In this document: positions 1 through 10,922 of the stretch, piece after piece | Layout: each line of letters begins with the position of its first letter | Numbering within the stretch: the first letter of the stretch is position 1 | Assembly (NCBI GenBank): GCA_047150005.1 | Contig: AP038806.1 | Coordinates: 128,001-192,000, forward strand | Length of the DNA stretch: 64,000 bases | From: Nitrospira sp. | GTDB lineage: Bacteria; Nitrospirota; Nitrospiria; Nitrospirales; Nitrospiraceae | Reading direction: 5' to 3' | Made by a program: the position numbers and the translations under genes | Notes under the pieces: generated by a model | What the model was told of the DNA's origin: nothing | The model's input: only the letters and a program-made list of their open reading frames with translations | Databases searched by the model: none

Positions 1-915
1 GCGGCGGGCGCGCTGGGACACCTGTCGCAATCCGCGCGCGACGGAGGAACGCTCAACTTCAAGCAGGCCAAGCGGGCGATTCAGAACATCGTCGACCTGA
101 TGATGCACGACGAATCGACCCTGCTCGGCCTCACGAACCTTCGCTGCCACGACCAATATACCCATAACCACTCGGTCAACGTCGCCCTGCTGTCGATGGC
201 CCTGGGCAACCGCGCCGGATATCCGAAAGCCGAGCTGGCCGATCTCGGCATGGCCGCCCTCTTTCACGACGTCGGCAAGTGCGCGATCTCGCTCGACGTG
301 CTGAACAAGCCCGGCGAGTTCACCAAGGAAGAGTGGGACATGATGCGCACGCACCCGACGGAGGGCGTACTGACGCTCATTCAGCTGCGCGGCCTCGGCA
401 ACGTCCCGGCCCGCATGGCGTCGGCGTCGTTCGAACATCACATGAATTTCGATTTTTCCGGCTACCCGAAACTGGCGGTGCCCTGGACGCAAAGTCTCTC
501 CAGCCGCATCGTCACGATCGCCGACTGTTACGACGCGATGACGTCCTCGCGGGTCTATCGGCGGGAGCCGATGTCGCCGGCGAACGTCCTGAAGTTCATG
601 TTCAACAAGAGCGGGCAATCGTTCGATCCGGTCCTGCTGAAGCTGTTCGTCAACTGCGTGGGCATCATCCCGATCGGCAGTCTGGTGATGCTGGAGTCCG
701 AAGAGCTGGCCGTCGTCATGAAAACGCCCGTGGACAAGGCCAACGCCGAGCGACCGGTCGTCAAGGTCATCGCCGACGCCCAGGGCAACCTCAGAGAGGA
801 GAGTCCGGACCTGGATCTAAGCCTTCAGGACGACACCGGCGCCTACCCGAACAGCATCCTGCGGCTGGTCGACAATACGGAATACAAGTTCGACACCAGT
901 CGGTACTTCGTCTAG
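1..915 (+). CDS. HD-GYP domain phosphodiesterase (5' partial)
   Basis: Frame open from base 1; motifs HSVNV, HDVGK, HHMNFDFSGYP, ADCYDAMTSSRVYR. Confidence 0.9.
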   Translation, partial: AAGALGHLSQSARDGGTLNFKQAKRAIQNIVDLMMHDESTLLGLTNLRCHDQYTHNHSVNVALLSMALGNRAGYPKAELADLGMAALFHDVGKCAISLDVLNKPGEFTKEEWDMMRTHPTEGVLTLIQLRGLGNVPARMASASFEHHMNFDFSGYPKLAVPWTQSLSSRIVTIADCYDAMTSSRVYRREPMSPANVLKFMFNKSGQSFDPVLLKLFVNCVGIIPIGSLVMLESEELAVVMKTPVDKANAERPVVKVIADAQGNLREESPDLDLSLQDDTGAYPNSILRLVDNTEYKFDTSRYFV

Positions 916-1004
916 CCCTCCAATCTCTTGACAGCGTGCGGCGCCCCCGCTATTCTCGCCAGTTGAATTCGGTACCGACTTCTCACCATCAAGGAGTTCT
1001 CCCT

Positions 1005-1565
1005 ATGTTTAGACCGATCACTCTCGCGCGGCAGTCCATGCTTTCGTTCTGTGCCGCGGCCCTGCTCTGTCTTGCCTCGGCGCCCGCGCAGGCGGCCGAA
1101 GCGTTCAAGATGGGCGTCATTGATCCCCAGAGCGTGCTGGAGAAATCCAAGGCGGGCCGGCGGGCGCTCGATGGGCTCAAGGAATATGTCTCGACGCGCC
1201 AGAAGCTCCTGTCTCGCGACGAAGAGGAATTGCGGAACACGGAAAAGACGCTGAAGGAATCGGCCTCGAAGCTCAGCGAGGCGGAAAAGAAGGAAAAAGA
1301 AGCGCAGTTCCGGAGCAAGATTCAGGACTACCAGAAGCGCGCGCAGGAATTTAATCAGGAACTGCAGGGCAAGCAGAAGCAGATCGTCGAGGAATACATG
1401 AAGAAGATCGCCGCAGCGACCCAGACGGTCGCAGAAAAGGGCGGCTTCTCTCTGATCGTCGACAAGGGCAGCGAGCAAACCGTCAAGATCGTGATCTACA
1501 ACAAAGATACAATCGACATCACCGAGCAGGTCATCAAGGAATTCGACCGGGTCAACCCCAAGTAA
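1005..1565 (+). CDS. OmpH/Skp family periplasmic chaperone
   Basis: AAGGAG RBS before ATG 1005; signal peptide; KMGVID motif, long coiled coil, DITEQVI C-terminus. Confidence 0.88.
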   Translation: MFRPITLARQSMLSFCAAALLCLASAPAQAAEAFKMGVIDPQSVLEKSKAGRRALDGLKEYVSTRQKLLSRDEEELRNTEKTLKESASKLSEAEKKEKEAQFRSKIQDYQKRAQEFNQELQGKQKQIVEEYMKKIAAATQTVAEKGGFSLIVDKGSEQTVKIVIYNKDTIDITEQVIKEFDRVNPK

Positions 1566-1604
1566 CCCTCGGCGCGTGACGGGACGGCCGGTTCGGGGAT
1601 CCCG

Positions 1605-1973
1605 TTACGGCGCCATCGGATAGCCGGCTTCCCTCCAAGCCTTGATCCCCCCGTCCATCGACGTCACGTTCGAGTACCCCATCTGCGCCAGTGCGTCCGC
1701 GGCCAGTATCGACCGAAACCCTCCGCCGCAATAGAGAATGATCGAGGCGCCCTTGTCCAGCACCACCGATTCGATATCGCGTTCGATGATGCCTTTGCCG
1801 AGATGGCGGGCCCCTTTCGCATGCGCCTGCTGAAATTCGTTGTCTTCCCGCACGTCGATGAAGTGCGCCACCTCACCGCGGTCCAACCGTCCCTTGGCCT
1901 CGGCCACTGTGCATTCTTTCACCCGGCGGCGGGTACCCTCCACCAATCTCAGAAACGATTCGTTGTGCTTCAT
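1605..1973 (-). CDS. Rhodanese-like sulfurtransferase
   Basis: IDVRE, YCGGGFRS active-site loop, MDGGIKAW. Confidence 0.9.
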   Translation of the reverse strand: MKHNESFLRLVEGTRRRVKECTVAEAKGRLDRGEVAHFIDVREDNEFQQAHAKGARHLGKGIIERDIESVVLDKGASIILYCGGGFRSILAADALAQMGYSNVTSMDGGIKAWREAGYPMAP

Positions 1974-2001
1974 GCCGGCTCCTTATGATGAACGTGACGA
2001 C

Positions 2002-3015
2002 CTAAAATAACACGGCCTGCGCTCCCTCAGGGCGACGAAACGTCTGCGGTACGGTTTCATGGTCGAGCGAAGAGAATCCCGCCTTCCGCTTGGCCACCGC
2101 GAACAGTTGTTCCACCATACTCCAGTAGGTCCCCGTGCCGCGGTGACGACGGAAGTACGCGCCGTCGGTCATCGTACCGGCGCGGACCTCCTGGATGCGA
2201 TGCACGATCTTCGCCTTGCGATCCGGAAACGCCTCGCCGATTCTCTGGAGAAACACATCCTCGACCGGCCCGGACAAACGTACCAGCGTCGACATCGCTT
2301 CCGTGGCCCCGGCCGCCCCGGCTCGCTCGAGCAACTCAGGAATATCCTCGTCGTTCAGGCCCGGAATAATCGGAGACACCGAGATACCCGTGGAGATGCC
2401 GGCGTCCCTCAGGGCAGCCATGGCCTCGAATCGTTTTCGGCTGGACGGCGCATGTGGTTCCATCCGGCGGGCCACGGCATCGTCCGCGAACGGGATGCTG
2501 AAATAGACCCGCACCCAGGCCTCACGCCGAAGCCGTTCGAGCACGTCCACATCGCGAAGCACCAGAATGCCCTTTGTAATGATGCCCACGGGGTTCCGGT
2601 ATTCCGCGCAGATTTCCAGACAGGCCCGAGTCAGCTCGAACGACGCTTCCGCCGGCTGATAACAATCGGTATTCCCGGAAAAAACGATCACCTCCCCGCT
2701 CCAGGACCGTTTGTCGAACGTCCGTCGAAGCAGACGCGGGGCATCCCGTTTGACGACGATCTTAGATTCGAAATCGGTCCCGGCGCCGAAACCCCAATAC
2801 TCGTGAGTCGGCCGCGCATAACAGTAGGCGCAGGCATGGAAACAACCTCGATACGGATTGAGGCTCCACCGAAACGACAGGTCCGGGCTGTCGTTTCGGC
2901 TGAGAATCTCCCTGGTGGCATCGTCGTACATTTGAAGCCGGCCGGGAGGCGCAGGCTCGAGATATTCCCGGTGGCGGGATTCGAACGGATTGGGGGGATT
3001 GGACATGGCGCGCAT
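2002..3015 (-). CDS. Radical SAM protein (PA0069/SplB-like family)
   Basis: NPYRGCFHACAYCYAR CxxxCxxC motif, TDCYQP. Confidence 0.9.
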   Translation of the reverse strand: MRAMSNPPNPFESRHREYLEPAPPGRLQMYDDATREILSRNDSPDLSFRWSLNPYRGCFHACAYCYARPTHEYWGFGAGTDFESKIVVKRDAPRLLRRTFDKRSWSGEVIVFSGNTDCYQPAEASFELTRACLEICAEYRNPVGIITKGILVLRDVDVLERLRREAWVRVYFSIPFADDAVARRMEPHAPSSRKRFEAMAALRDAGISTGISVSPIIPGLNDEDIPELLERAGAAGATEAMSTLVRLSGPVEDVFLQRIGEAFPDRKAKIVHRIQEVRAGTMTDGAYFRRHRGTGTYWSMVEQLFAVAKRKAGFSSLDHETVPQTFRRPEGAQAVLF

Positions 3016-3218
3016 GCGCTATCGTCGCTTTCCGCGCCATGCGCTGTCAACCTGAGTGAGCCACGGCCTTCTCCTCAGCATTGAGCCTTGATCAAGGAGT
3101 GGATGCTCGTTTTCGCGGGCATGACGCAAGAGGAAACCGACCCACGACCGGGCCACGACAGATATCGGCCGCGCCGACCGAACGGACACGTTGCACGGGT
3201 GCGTTGCGGGTGCGTTGA

Positions 3219-4559
<1,341 letters not shown>

Positions 4560-4572
4560 CTTCTGACACCTT

Positions 4573-4656
4573 CCCCGCGTCTGCCTGCCCGCCGCATGGC
4601 TTCGGCACAGGCAGGCGTGGGGTGTCCGTCCCTGTCCGAACCGGGACAGGCACCCT
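4573..4656 (+). repeat. Tandem GC-rich hairpins (REP-like / terminator region) after serS
   Basis: CCCCGCGTCTGCCTG pairs with CAGGCAGGCGTGGGG (with G-U pairs), followed by GGTGTCCGTCCC...GGGACAGGCACC. Confidence 0.5.
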
Positions 4657-4775
4657 CGCCGAGCCCTTGTGAGCGATGGCGGCGTCGGACGAGAGAACAG
4701 CTTGGTGGAGCCCCACGGCTTGGCAGCCTTGGCTCCCTGCGCAGGCGGATGAAGAATGATCCGGCCGGTGGGATG

Positions 4776-4952
4776 TCAGGCCGCGGGCTGATGCACGTCG
4801 GCCTCTCGGGATCGGTGGTCCGTGTAAAAACGGTGATGACAGGTCTTGCATCGCCAGGGGAACAGGCCGAACAGTCGTCGGAAGAAGTCCTGCCAGTGAT
4901 GACGGTTGGAGCGAGAGCGAGAACAGGCAGGAGACGCACACAGGGGGCACAT
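4776..4952 (-). CDS. Small zinc-ribbon protein (58 aa)
   Basis: MCPLC...PWRCKTC two CxxC motifs; upstream TTGACA-16-TACGCT promoter-like sequence (5050-5023). Confidence 0.6.
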   Translation of the reverse strand: MCPLCASPACSRSRSNRHHWQDFFRRLFGLFPWRCKTCHHRFYTDHRSREADVHQPAA

Positions 4953-5260
4953 CACCCCGCTTCCCAATAGCCGCCGATTCCTCACCCCGGTACCTTTGAA
5001 CACGAGTCTGAACATCTGACCAAGCGTAGCTCAGCTCCCGGATCTGTCAACTGGAAGCGACGTCGTAGGGATGAGCCGGCCTGGTGTGCGGGTGAACAAT
5101 CGCGTGAAGGTCTACAGGCCGGCCTCGGCTGCCTTGACCCAGAGCACAGGATGGGGACCGCCAATCGGCGCGATGGGATGGTCTCCGGAGCGGATTTGAT
5201 GGAGAGGTTGCACGAGAGCTCTGCCACAGTTCAGCCGCATGTATGAATTCCACATGGCCC

Positions 5261-5300
5261 TTGACTGCGGTGCCATGTGGCAGTATCATTTTGCCACATG
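5261..5300 (+). promoter_or_regulatory. Sigma70 promoter with overlapping operator for Xre-RES operon
   Basis: TTGACT-17bp-TATCAT; inverted repeat CATGTGGCA(5274-5282)/TGCCACATG(5292-5300) flanks the -10. Confidence 0.75.
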
Positions 5301-5317
5301 CTCAAAGAGCTCGGGTC

Positions 5318-5755
5318 ATGACGCAGGCTGAAGAACTATTCAAAACATTAGGTGGAACAGGCGTTTTTAAGCGTCACTTCCGCTCGATGGAAGAGGTTCG
5401 CGCGATTATTCACAAGGGACTTCCCTATAAGTCGCTCGAAGCGATCCAAGCGAAATATCATCTTGATACGAACGTCATTATGAAGATCATCAGTGTCCCC
5501 GCCAGGACGATGGCTCGTCGCAAGGAAGAGCAACGCCTTAGCGCACAAGAGTCAGATCGTTTGTCACGTGTAGCCAGGATTTTGGCGTACGCCACTCAAG
5601 TTTTTGGTACGGACGAAAAAGCTTCAGCATGGCTCACGAGACCCAATCGGATTTTACAACGCACCGCTGCTCCGATAGATCTGCTTGATACCGACACAGG
5701 CACCCAAGTCGTTGAAACGATGTTGGGGCGCATCGATCACGGTGTCATAGGCTAA
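5318..5755 (+). CDS. Xre/MbcA/ParS antitoxin
   Basis: RTMARRK..LS..ESDRL, VFG....A..WL..PN, G...VE..LGRIDHG; abuts RES gene. Confidence 0.92.
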   Translation: MTQAEELFKTLGGTGVFKRHFRSMEEVRAIIHKGLPYKSLEAIQAKYHLDTNVIMKIISVPARTMARRKEEQRLSAQESDRLSRVARILAYATQVFGTDEKASAWLTRPNRILQRTAAPIDLLDTDTGTQVVETMLGRIDHGVIG

Positions 5756-6211
5756 GTGGTTGTCTGGCGACTCACGCTCAAGAAGCATGTTGCCCCAGAC
5801 GGAGAAGGGGCTCGACGTTATGGAGGACGTTGGAATACACCCGGAACACGAGTCGTCTATACCTCCGGCACACTGTCTCTCGCGGTCCTCGAATATCTTG
5901 TTCATGTCGATTCGGACATACTTCCCGACTCTCTGGTCAGCGTGCGCGCAACAATTCCAAACAGCCTTGCAATAGAAACGATCTTTCCTTCGGACTTGCC
6001 GGGTAATTGGAAGGATACAATGATACCTGTGACCTTACAGGAGCGCGGCACGACGTGGGCTCACAACGGCAAATTCCCCGTCTTAAAGGTTCCATCAGTC
6101 GTGATCGACCACGAATGGAATTATCTCCTCAATCCTTCTCACCCCAACTTTTCTCAGATAACCTGGAGCAGTGCCATTCCGTTTACGTTCGATCCTCGTC
6201 TTCTCAGCTGA
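5756..6211 (+). CDS. RES domain toxin (NAD+ phosphorylase family)
   Basis: GEGARRYGGRWN, YTSGTLSLAVLEYLVH, VPSVV, NYLLNPSH. Confidence 0.93.
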   Translation: MVVWRLTLKKHVAPDGEGARRYGGRWNTPGTRVVYTSGTLSLAVLEYLVHVDSDILPDSLVSVRATIPNSLAIETIFPSDLPGNWKDTMIPVTLQERGTTWAHNGKFPVLKVPSVVIDHEWNYLLNPSHPNFSQITWSSAIPFTFDPRLLS

Positions 6212-6367
6212 TCCTCACACCAGATCCATCGACAGTCCGCCGGAAACCCAGGAGGGAATAAGCCAAAGGCGAAATCCGTCTCTCGTCGATACGCCATGGG
6301 TGAAGCGGATTTAACTGGAGAGCTTAAGAAATTGGCCAACCCAAACTCCCAAGTACCTGGAATAATA

Positions 6368-6390
6368 TGGCGGAGGGGGCGAGATTTGAA
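6368..6390. repeat. att site: copy of tRNA-Ser(TGA) 3' end
   Basis: TGGCGGAGGGGGCGAGATTTGAA identical to 18136-18158. Confidence 0.95.
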
Positions 6391-6661
6391 AACGCTTCAG
6401 CCCCCGAGACTATAGACCCCTACCCGTCTCAATCCGTTTCTTCATCAGCACTTACAGAAGGGTCCGAAGTGGACGAACTGCCCATGAAACCCCATGGGAA
6501 AAGATAGTTCTGCCACACTTTAGCCACAATGCTCTTTGTATTCGAGGAGAACGAGGGCGACATTACATATGCAAAGCAGTAGATACCGGATTTCGAATTC
6601 GTCTGGTCCCTTACGGCCATGGCCTGCCTCGTCACCTCGGTGCGCAGCGAGCTTGATAATG

Positions 6662-7810
6662 TGTGGAAGCTAGAACTTAATCTGACAGTCAGCTAGAGTC
6701 CTCCCTCTTCACGAAAGGAGCGAGGACCATGACGACGGAACAAAAGATCATTAAGACGAAAGTCGGCGTGCTGGAACTGGCGAAGCAGCTCGGCAATGTC
6801 TCCAAAGCCTGCCAGCTGATGGGGTATAGCCGCGATAGTTTCTATCGATTCAAGGAACTCTACGAGACCGGCGGCGAGGCCGCGCTTCAAGAGATTTCGC
6901 GGCAGAAGCCGCTCCTCAAGAATCGGGTGGCACCCGAGGTGGAACAGGCCATCGTGCAGATCGCTATTGAGCAACCCGCGTGGGGACAAGCCCGCGTGGC
7001 GAATGAACTGCGCAAGCAGGCGCTGTCCATCTCCCCAGCGGGCGTGCGCTGTATCTGGCTCCGCCATGATCTCGCAACGATGCGGAAACGCTTAAAGGCA
7101 CTGGAAGCGAAGGTAGCCCAAGCGGGACTGGTGCTTACCGAGGCCCAAGTCGTGGCGCTGGAGAAGGCGACGGCGGACAAAGAGGCCCACGGCGAATTTG
7201 AGAGCGAATGTCCCGGCTACTGCGGCGCGCAGGATACGTTCTACGTCGGCACCTTGAAGGGCGTCGGCCGCATCTACCAGCAAACCTTCATCGATACCTA
7301 CAGCAAGGTGGGATTTGCGAAGCTGTACGACCGCAAGACGCCGGTGACGGCCGCGGAATTGCTCAATGATCGGGTCTTGCCGTTCTTCGAGCAGCATGCC
7401 ATTCCGCTGAACCGTGTGCTCACGGATCGCGGCACGGAATACTGTGGAACTCCGGAGCGCCATGAGTACGAACTCTATCTGGCCGTGGAGAACATCGATC
7501 ATACGCGCACCAAGACGCGGCATCCCCAGACCAACGGGATCTGTGAACGGTTCCACAAGACCATGTTGAACGAGTTTTACCGCGTGGCGCTCCGCAAGAA
7601 GATCTATCGAACGCTGGAGGACCTCCAGGCTGACTTGGATGCGTGGATCCAGGAGTACAACGAGCAGCGCCCCCACCAAGGGCGCTGGTGCTATGGCAAG
7701 ACACCGATGCAGACGTTTCTCGATAGTGTGCCACTGGCCAAGGAGAAAATGTTAGCGGCCTAAACCCGGTGAGGACTCGCTGTCTGTCAGATGAAGTCGT
7801 GAGTTATACA
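6662..7810 (+). mobile_element. IS481 family insertion sequence
   Basis: TGT...ACA termini with ~35-bp imperfect inverted repeats (shared ACTT.ATCTGACAG.CAGC); single transposase; no target duplication seen. Confidence 0.9.
6729..7763 (+). CDS. IS481 family DDE transposase
   Basis: [47 protein letters not shown]. Confidence 0.95.
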   Translation: MTTEQKIIKTKVGVLELAKQLGNVSKACQLMGYSRDSFYRFKELYETGGEAALQEISRQKPLLKNRVAPEVEQAIVQIAIEQPAWGQARVANELRKQALSISPAGVRCIWLRHDLATMRKRLKALEAKVAQAGLVLTEAQVVALEKATADKEAHGEFESECPGYCGAQDTFYVGTLKGVGRIYQQTFIDTYSKVGFAKLYDRKTPVTAAELLNDRVLPFFEQHAIPLNRVLTDRGTEYCGTPERHEYELYLAVENIDHTRTKTRHPQTNGICERFHKTMLNEFYRVALRKKIYRTLEDLQADLDAWIQEYNEQRPHQGRWCYGKTPMQTFLDSVPLAKEKMLAA

Positions 7811-8323
7811 AATCAATATAGTATCCGCGAATGAAATAAATGAGATTTGAGGATACGCTATTCCCAGTTGATCGATTTCTGCTCGTAAGCGGAGCACCAG
7901 GGCTTTTGTGATTAGTCCCTTTTGCAGAGCCTCCTTAGCCCCTATGGCATCGACGTATCCGTACACCGAGTAGGGCCGCACATAGAGGGTGTCAAGCCAT
8001 GGGCCCTTTACGAAAATGCGCGGCTTCTCATCCCACCGCCACGACCCAACACAGCATACAAATTCCGATCTGGGAAGGTTGACGATGACCTCATGAAACC
8101 TGTCGAAGCTGTTCGGATACCAGGACAACTCTAGAAATCCATCCCGTATCTGTCTAACGGCGACCGGTGCAACGTACCCAACTGGTTCATACTCGCCGCG
8201 ATCAAATACCTTGAGCAAGGATTTCTCATACTCGTCAATATATTGCTCATCCATCATGTAACAGTCCCGATCTAGCGGAATATTCTCGAAACTGTACTTA
8301 TCGAAATGCTCGTGCACAAACAT
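7811..8323 (-). pseudogene. Cargo gene truncated by IS481; C-terminal part resembles start of a nucleotidyl-cyclase-like domain
   Basis: ORF runs into the IS end; ...YGYVDAIG...ISFADTILI resembles the two Asp-bearing strands of class III cyclase-like folds. Confidence 0.55.
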
Positions 8324-8396
8324 GTTCTAAATACTTGGGTTCAGCCAAGTAATCCTTGCCCTTGCCCAACTTCTCCCTGCGCTTCTACAATCTCCC

Positions 8397-8771
8397 ATGC
8401 TCACCCCTGAGGACCTCAAGCCGGGAACCATGGTGGTCCTCCTCTCCGATCATTCCCAACCTGCGGGGAGTCTCGCCATTGTGGAAAATGCTGGCCTCAA
8501 TTGGCGAAGCGAGTGGGAAGGCGCCATGCGCTGGCTGCATCTCAGAGGAGTCAGGGGTCAACCAAGAAGGAGCCGTTCATTCGTCTTGGCTCACGACCTC
8601 AGCAAGTTTGCCCTGGCCACCCCGGAACAGATTGAGGCGGCAATGGCACCGTATCGCCCGGCACCGCCACCACAGTTCAAGCTCGTGCCTGGCTCGGAAT
8701 TTACCATGCGTCGAAGCCGGCGGCGCCCCTTCCATCCCGATCAGCTTGCCCTCTTCGAGGACGGTCAGTAG
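8397..8771 (+). CDS. Hypothetical protein with C-terminal QLALF motif
   Basis: TTGCCC-18-TACAAT ending 5 nt before the ATG (leaderless-like); 124 aa ORF. Confidence 0.5.
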   Translation: MLTPEDLKPGTMVVLLSDHSQPAGSLAIVENAGLNWRSEWEGAMRWLHLRGVRGQPRRSRSFVLAHDLSKFALATPEQIEAAMAPYRPAPPPQFKLVPGSEFTMRRSRRRPFHPDQLALFEDGQ

Positions 8772-8960
8772 TCGCACTCGCCGCTCTCGAATCGGCGTGA
8801 GCAATTGCTCTTGCTTGGCAATTAAGACCGTAGCCCGTGCGGACAATTCCATAAATGTCTCGGCAGTCATGAAGCCCCCGCTTGCAGGATGCTGGAAGCC
8901 TACCCCACCACTTCACGGTCCGCAATATGATGCTATTCTGAGTCGAGAGACGGGAACCCG

Positions 8961-9863
8961 TCAGTCTTGCGGGATCTCCGCAAATGACAAGGCAAATTGC
9001 GTTGAACTTTTCACGCCTCGAAGAAGCTTAGTGCCTGGCAAATGTTGTCTGACCAATTTGACGATCTCCCCAACCCTATTGTCATCCATTCGACATCCAA
9101 GATAGATCGCTTCAAAGACCTGAGGATTCTCCGGATAGACGTCGAAACCATCACGACTTCCCTTGTGAAGGTGAACACGCCACTCTTTCTCATAGCCCCA
9201 ATCGACATGCTTAATGAGCGATAGGTTCTGACAGAGGTCTCCCCAGTTGAGCGGCTGCTCACCTGTCAGATGCTTCACATAAGTTTCGACGTCAGGAAAG
9301 GGGAGAAAGGAATGACTGTACAACATGGGCCTTGCAGCTAGCAGCGCATTGTCGATTTCGTCAATGCAACGAAGTTTGAATGCAACGCCTCGGTGTTCTT
9401 CTGCATAATGTGACCACATCACCACATTGTCATGTAGCTCTGAAACGCAGAGCACGCGAGACTCCCACAATGTGGCCTGGATTTGCTCGCTCACCTCATC
9501 AATTCCCCCGTTGCAGATTCGATTGGCTGTGTCATTGCAACCTTCGCGCATTTCCTGAATGAGCTCCGCACGCGGTAGCTGATGGCGAATCGGTCGAAGC
9601 GCCAGAATCATATTGGTCAGCAGGGAACCGCCCGTCAGCTCCGGGATGCTCTCGGAAAAAATCAAGCTTTCCGTGGCTTCGAAGAGAAGCCTGGACATTT
9701 CATCGGGGTTAAATGAGAGCATGAAGCCAGTCTGGTTATCAAAAGGGTCATTGAATCTTGTCGGTGAACTCCAGAGAAAACTTCTCGTTTGGATGATCTG
9801 TGTGGCACTCTGAAACGTGGTGTACTTGAAGAAATGGCTTCGATTGTGTCTTCGTGAGGACAT
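8961..9863 (-). CDS. DUF2971 domain protein
   Basis: FKYT, SPTRFNDPFD, MWSHYAEEHRGV, K..DWGYEKEWR, AIYLG. Confidence 0.85.
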   Translation of the reverse strand: MSSRRHNRSHFFKYTTFQSATQIIQTRSFLWSSPTRFNDPFDNQTGFMLSFNPDEMSRLLFEATESLIFSESIPELTGGSLLTNMILALRPIRHQLPRAELIQEMREGCNDTANRICNGGIDEVSEQIQATLWESRVLCVSELHDNVVMWSHYAEEHRGVAFKLRCIDEIDNALLAARPMLYSHSFLPFPDVETYVKHLTGEQPLNWGDLCQNLSLIKHVDWGYEKEWRVHLHKGSRDGFDVYPENPQVFEAIYLGCRMDDNRVGEIVKLVRQHLPGTKLLRGVKSSTQFALSFAEIPQD

Positions 9864-10048
9864 CGCTTTTCAGCCGCCGAGGTTATCACTCAGCTTTCCT
9901 ATCTATCAACAGTTCTGTTGCGTCTATCAAGATTTGCTCCGATTTGGTAAAAGTCAGCTGGCCCTAACCGGCGCCTGATCCTCGCCGCGATGCACGCAGA
10001 TTGTGGGCAAACATTCAAATTGGCGCAGGCTACAAAAGGAGGCACAGC

Positions 10049-10804
10049 ATGATGCAGAAGCAGGCACGCCCGTACGCTTACGAAATTCCCTCTCTTGATC
10101 CGCTGCCCAGTGTCGAAGAGCTGCGCGCTGTTGTCAACCGGAGAGGATGGGAACCCATTGAAGAGTTTCTCCGTGTCGAGGCGTTGCTTCGCTCAGAGAA
10201 GGCGCGAGAGTTGTACGAAGCGAGCGGTCGCAATCCGAGACAATTTGGTCGGACCTTTGCGACGGCGTTCGGCGTGAGAACAGAAGACCCGTTAAATGCT
10301 GAGCATCATGCGGGGTTATTTCTTGACGAAGCGGAGCCGAATGACTTTCAGAGCCGGTGGCTGGCTGGTGGCGCGATCAATGTTACACAGCAGGTTGCCC
10401 ACCCGAATCAGAAGGTCCGTGAATCTTTGGTCAGGAGTTTCGCACAGCGATTGCTGGGTGCAAATGGCCGGTACATTGTCGTGGAGTTCGACACTGAGCG
10501 GCCCGAAAGTCCACAGCTTGAAGCGGTGAAGACTCTCTTCACAAGCAAACGCAAACCCCTTCCGGCAAGTCCCTTCCGTAATCTCAATGCCTGACTCCAA
10601 TATCTCCAGTGCTATGACCTGCGTCGCCAGGGCTTGACCTTCGGGGAAATTGGCGCGCGAGTCTATACGTCCCGGTCCGGCAAGTCTGGCAAGGCCGTCA
10701 AGCAACGCCAGGGCCGATACGACGAGGCCGAACGTGCCTATAAGAAAGTCAGACGGCTAATCCTGGCTGCTGAACTTCGCTCATGGCCTCCGCGGAATCC
10801 ATAA
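10049..10804 (+). pseudogene. Putative DUF2285/FseA-like transcriptional activator interrupted by in-frame TGA at 10592-10594
   Basis: AGGAGG RBS; frame stays open for 69 codons after the TGA giving LQYLQCYDLRRQGLTFGEIGARVY (HTH-like); upstream VEFDTERPESPQLEAVK. Confidence 0.6.
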
Positions 10805-10922
10805 TCAATCGCTCCCCCATCCTTTTCCTTCACCTCTTTCAATAAATTCTCTAGGGGCATTTTAATTTTATCCTACTGCCCCCATTGGTCTGCTCAGTCA
10901 CATGAGATAGGTGTACCGGTGT

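Noticed and set aside
279..1004. Long N-terminal extension of the OmpH ORF
   Set aside because: Overlaps HD-GYP in another frame; RBS and signal peptide point to ATG 1005
2059..3084. Long antisense ORFs (also 22935-24107, 25190-26104, 31639-32718, 34816-35829, 47294-48463)
   Set aside because: Shadow frames of well-supported genes in GC-rich DNA, with no motifs
5070..5230. Three consecutive hairpins as a possible ncRNA
   Set aside because: GC-rich, no recognisable family motif or clear promoter; cannot be supported by eye
8577..8870. Minus-strand 97-aa ORF in the satellite
   Set aside because: Overlaps 8397-8771 by ~195 bp; no motif to prefer it, left uncalled
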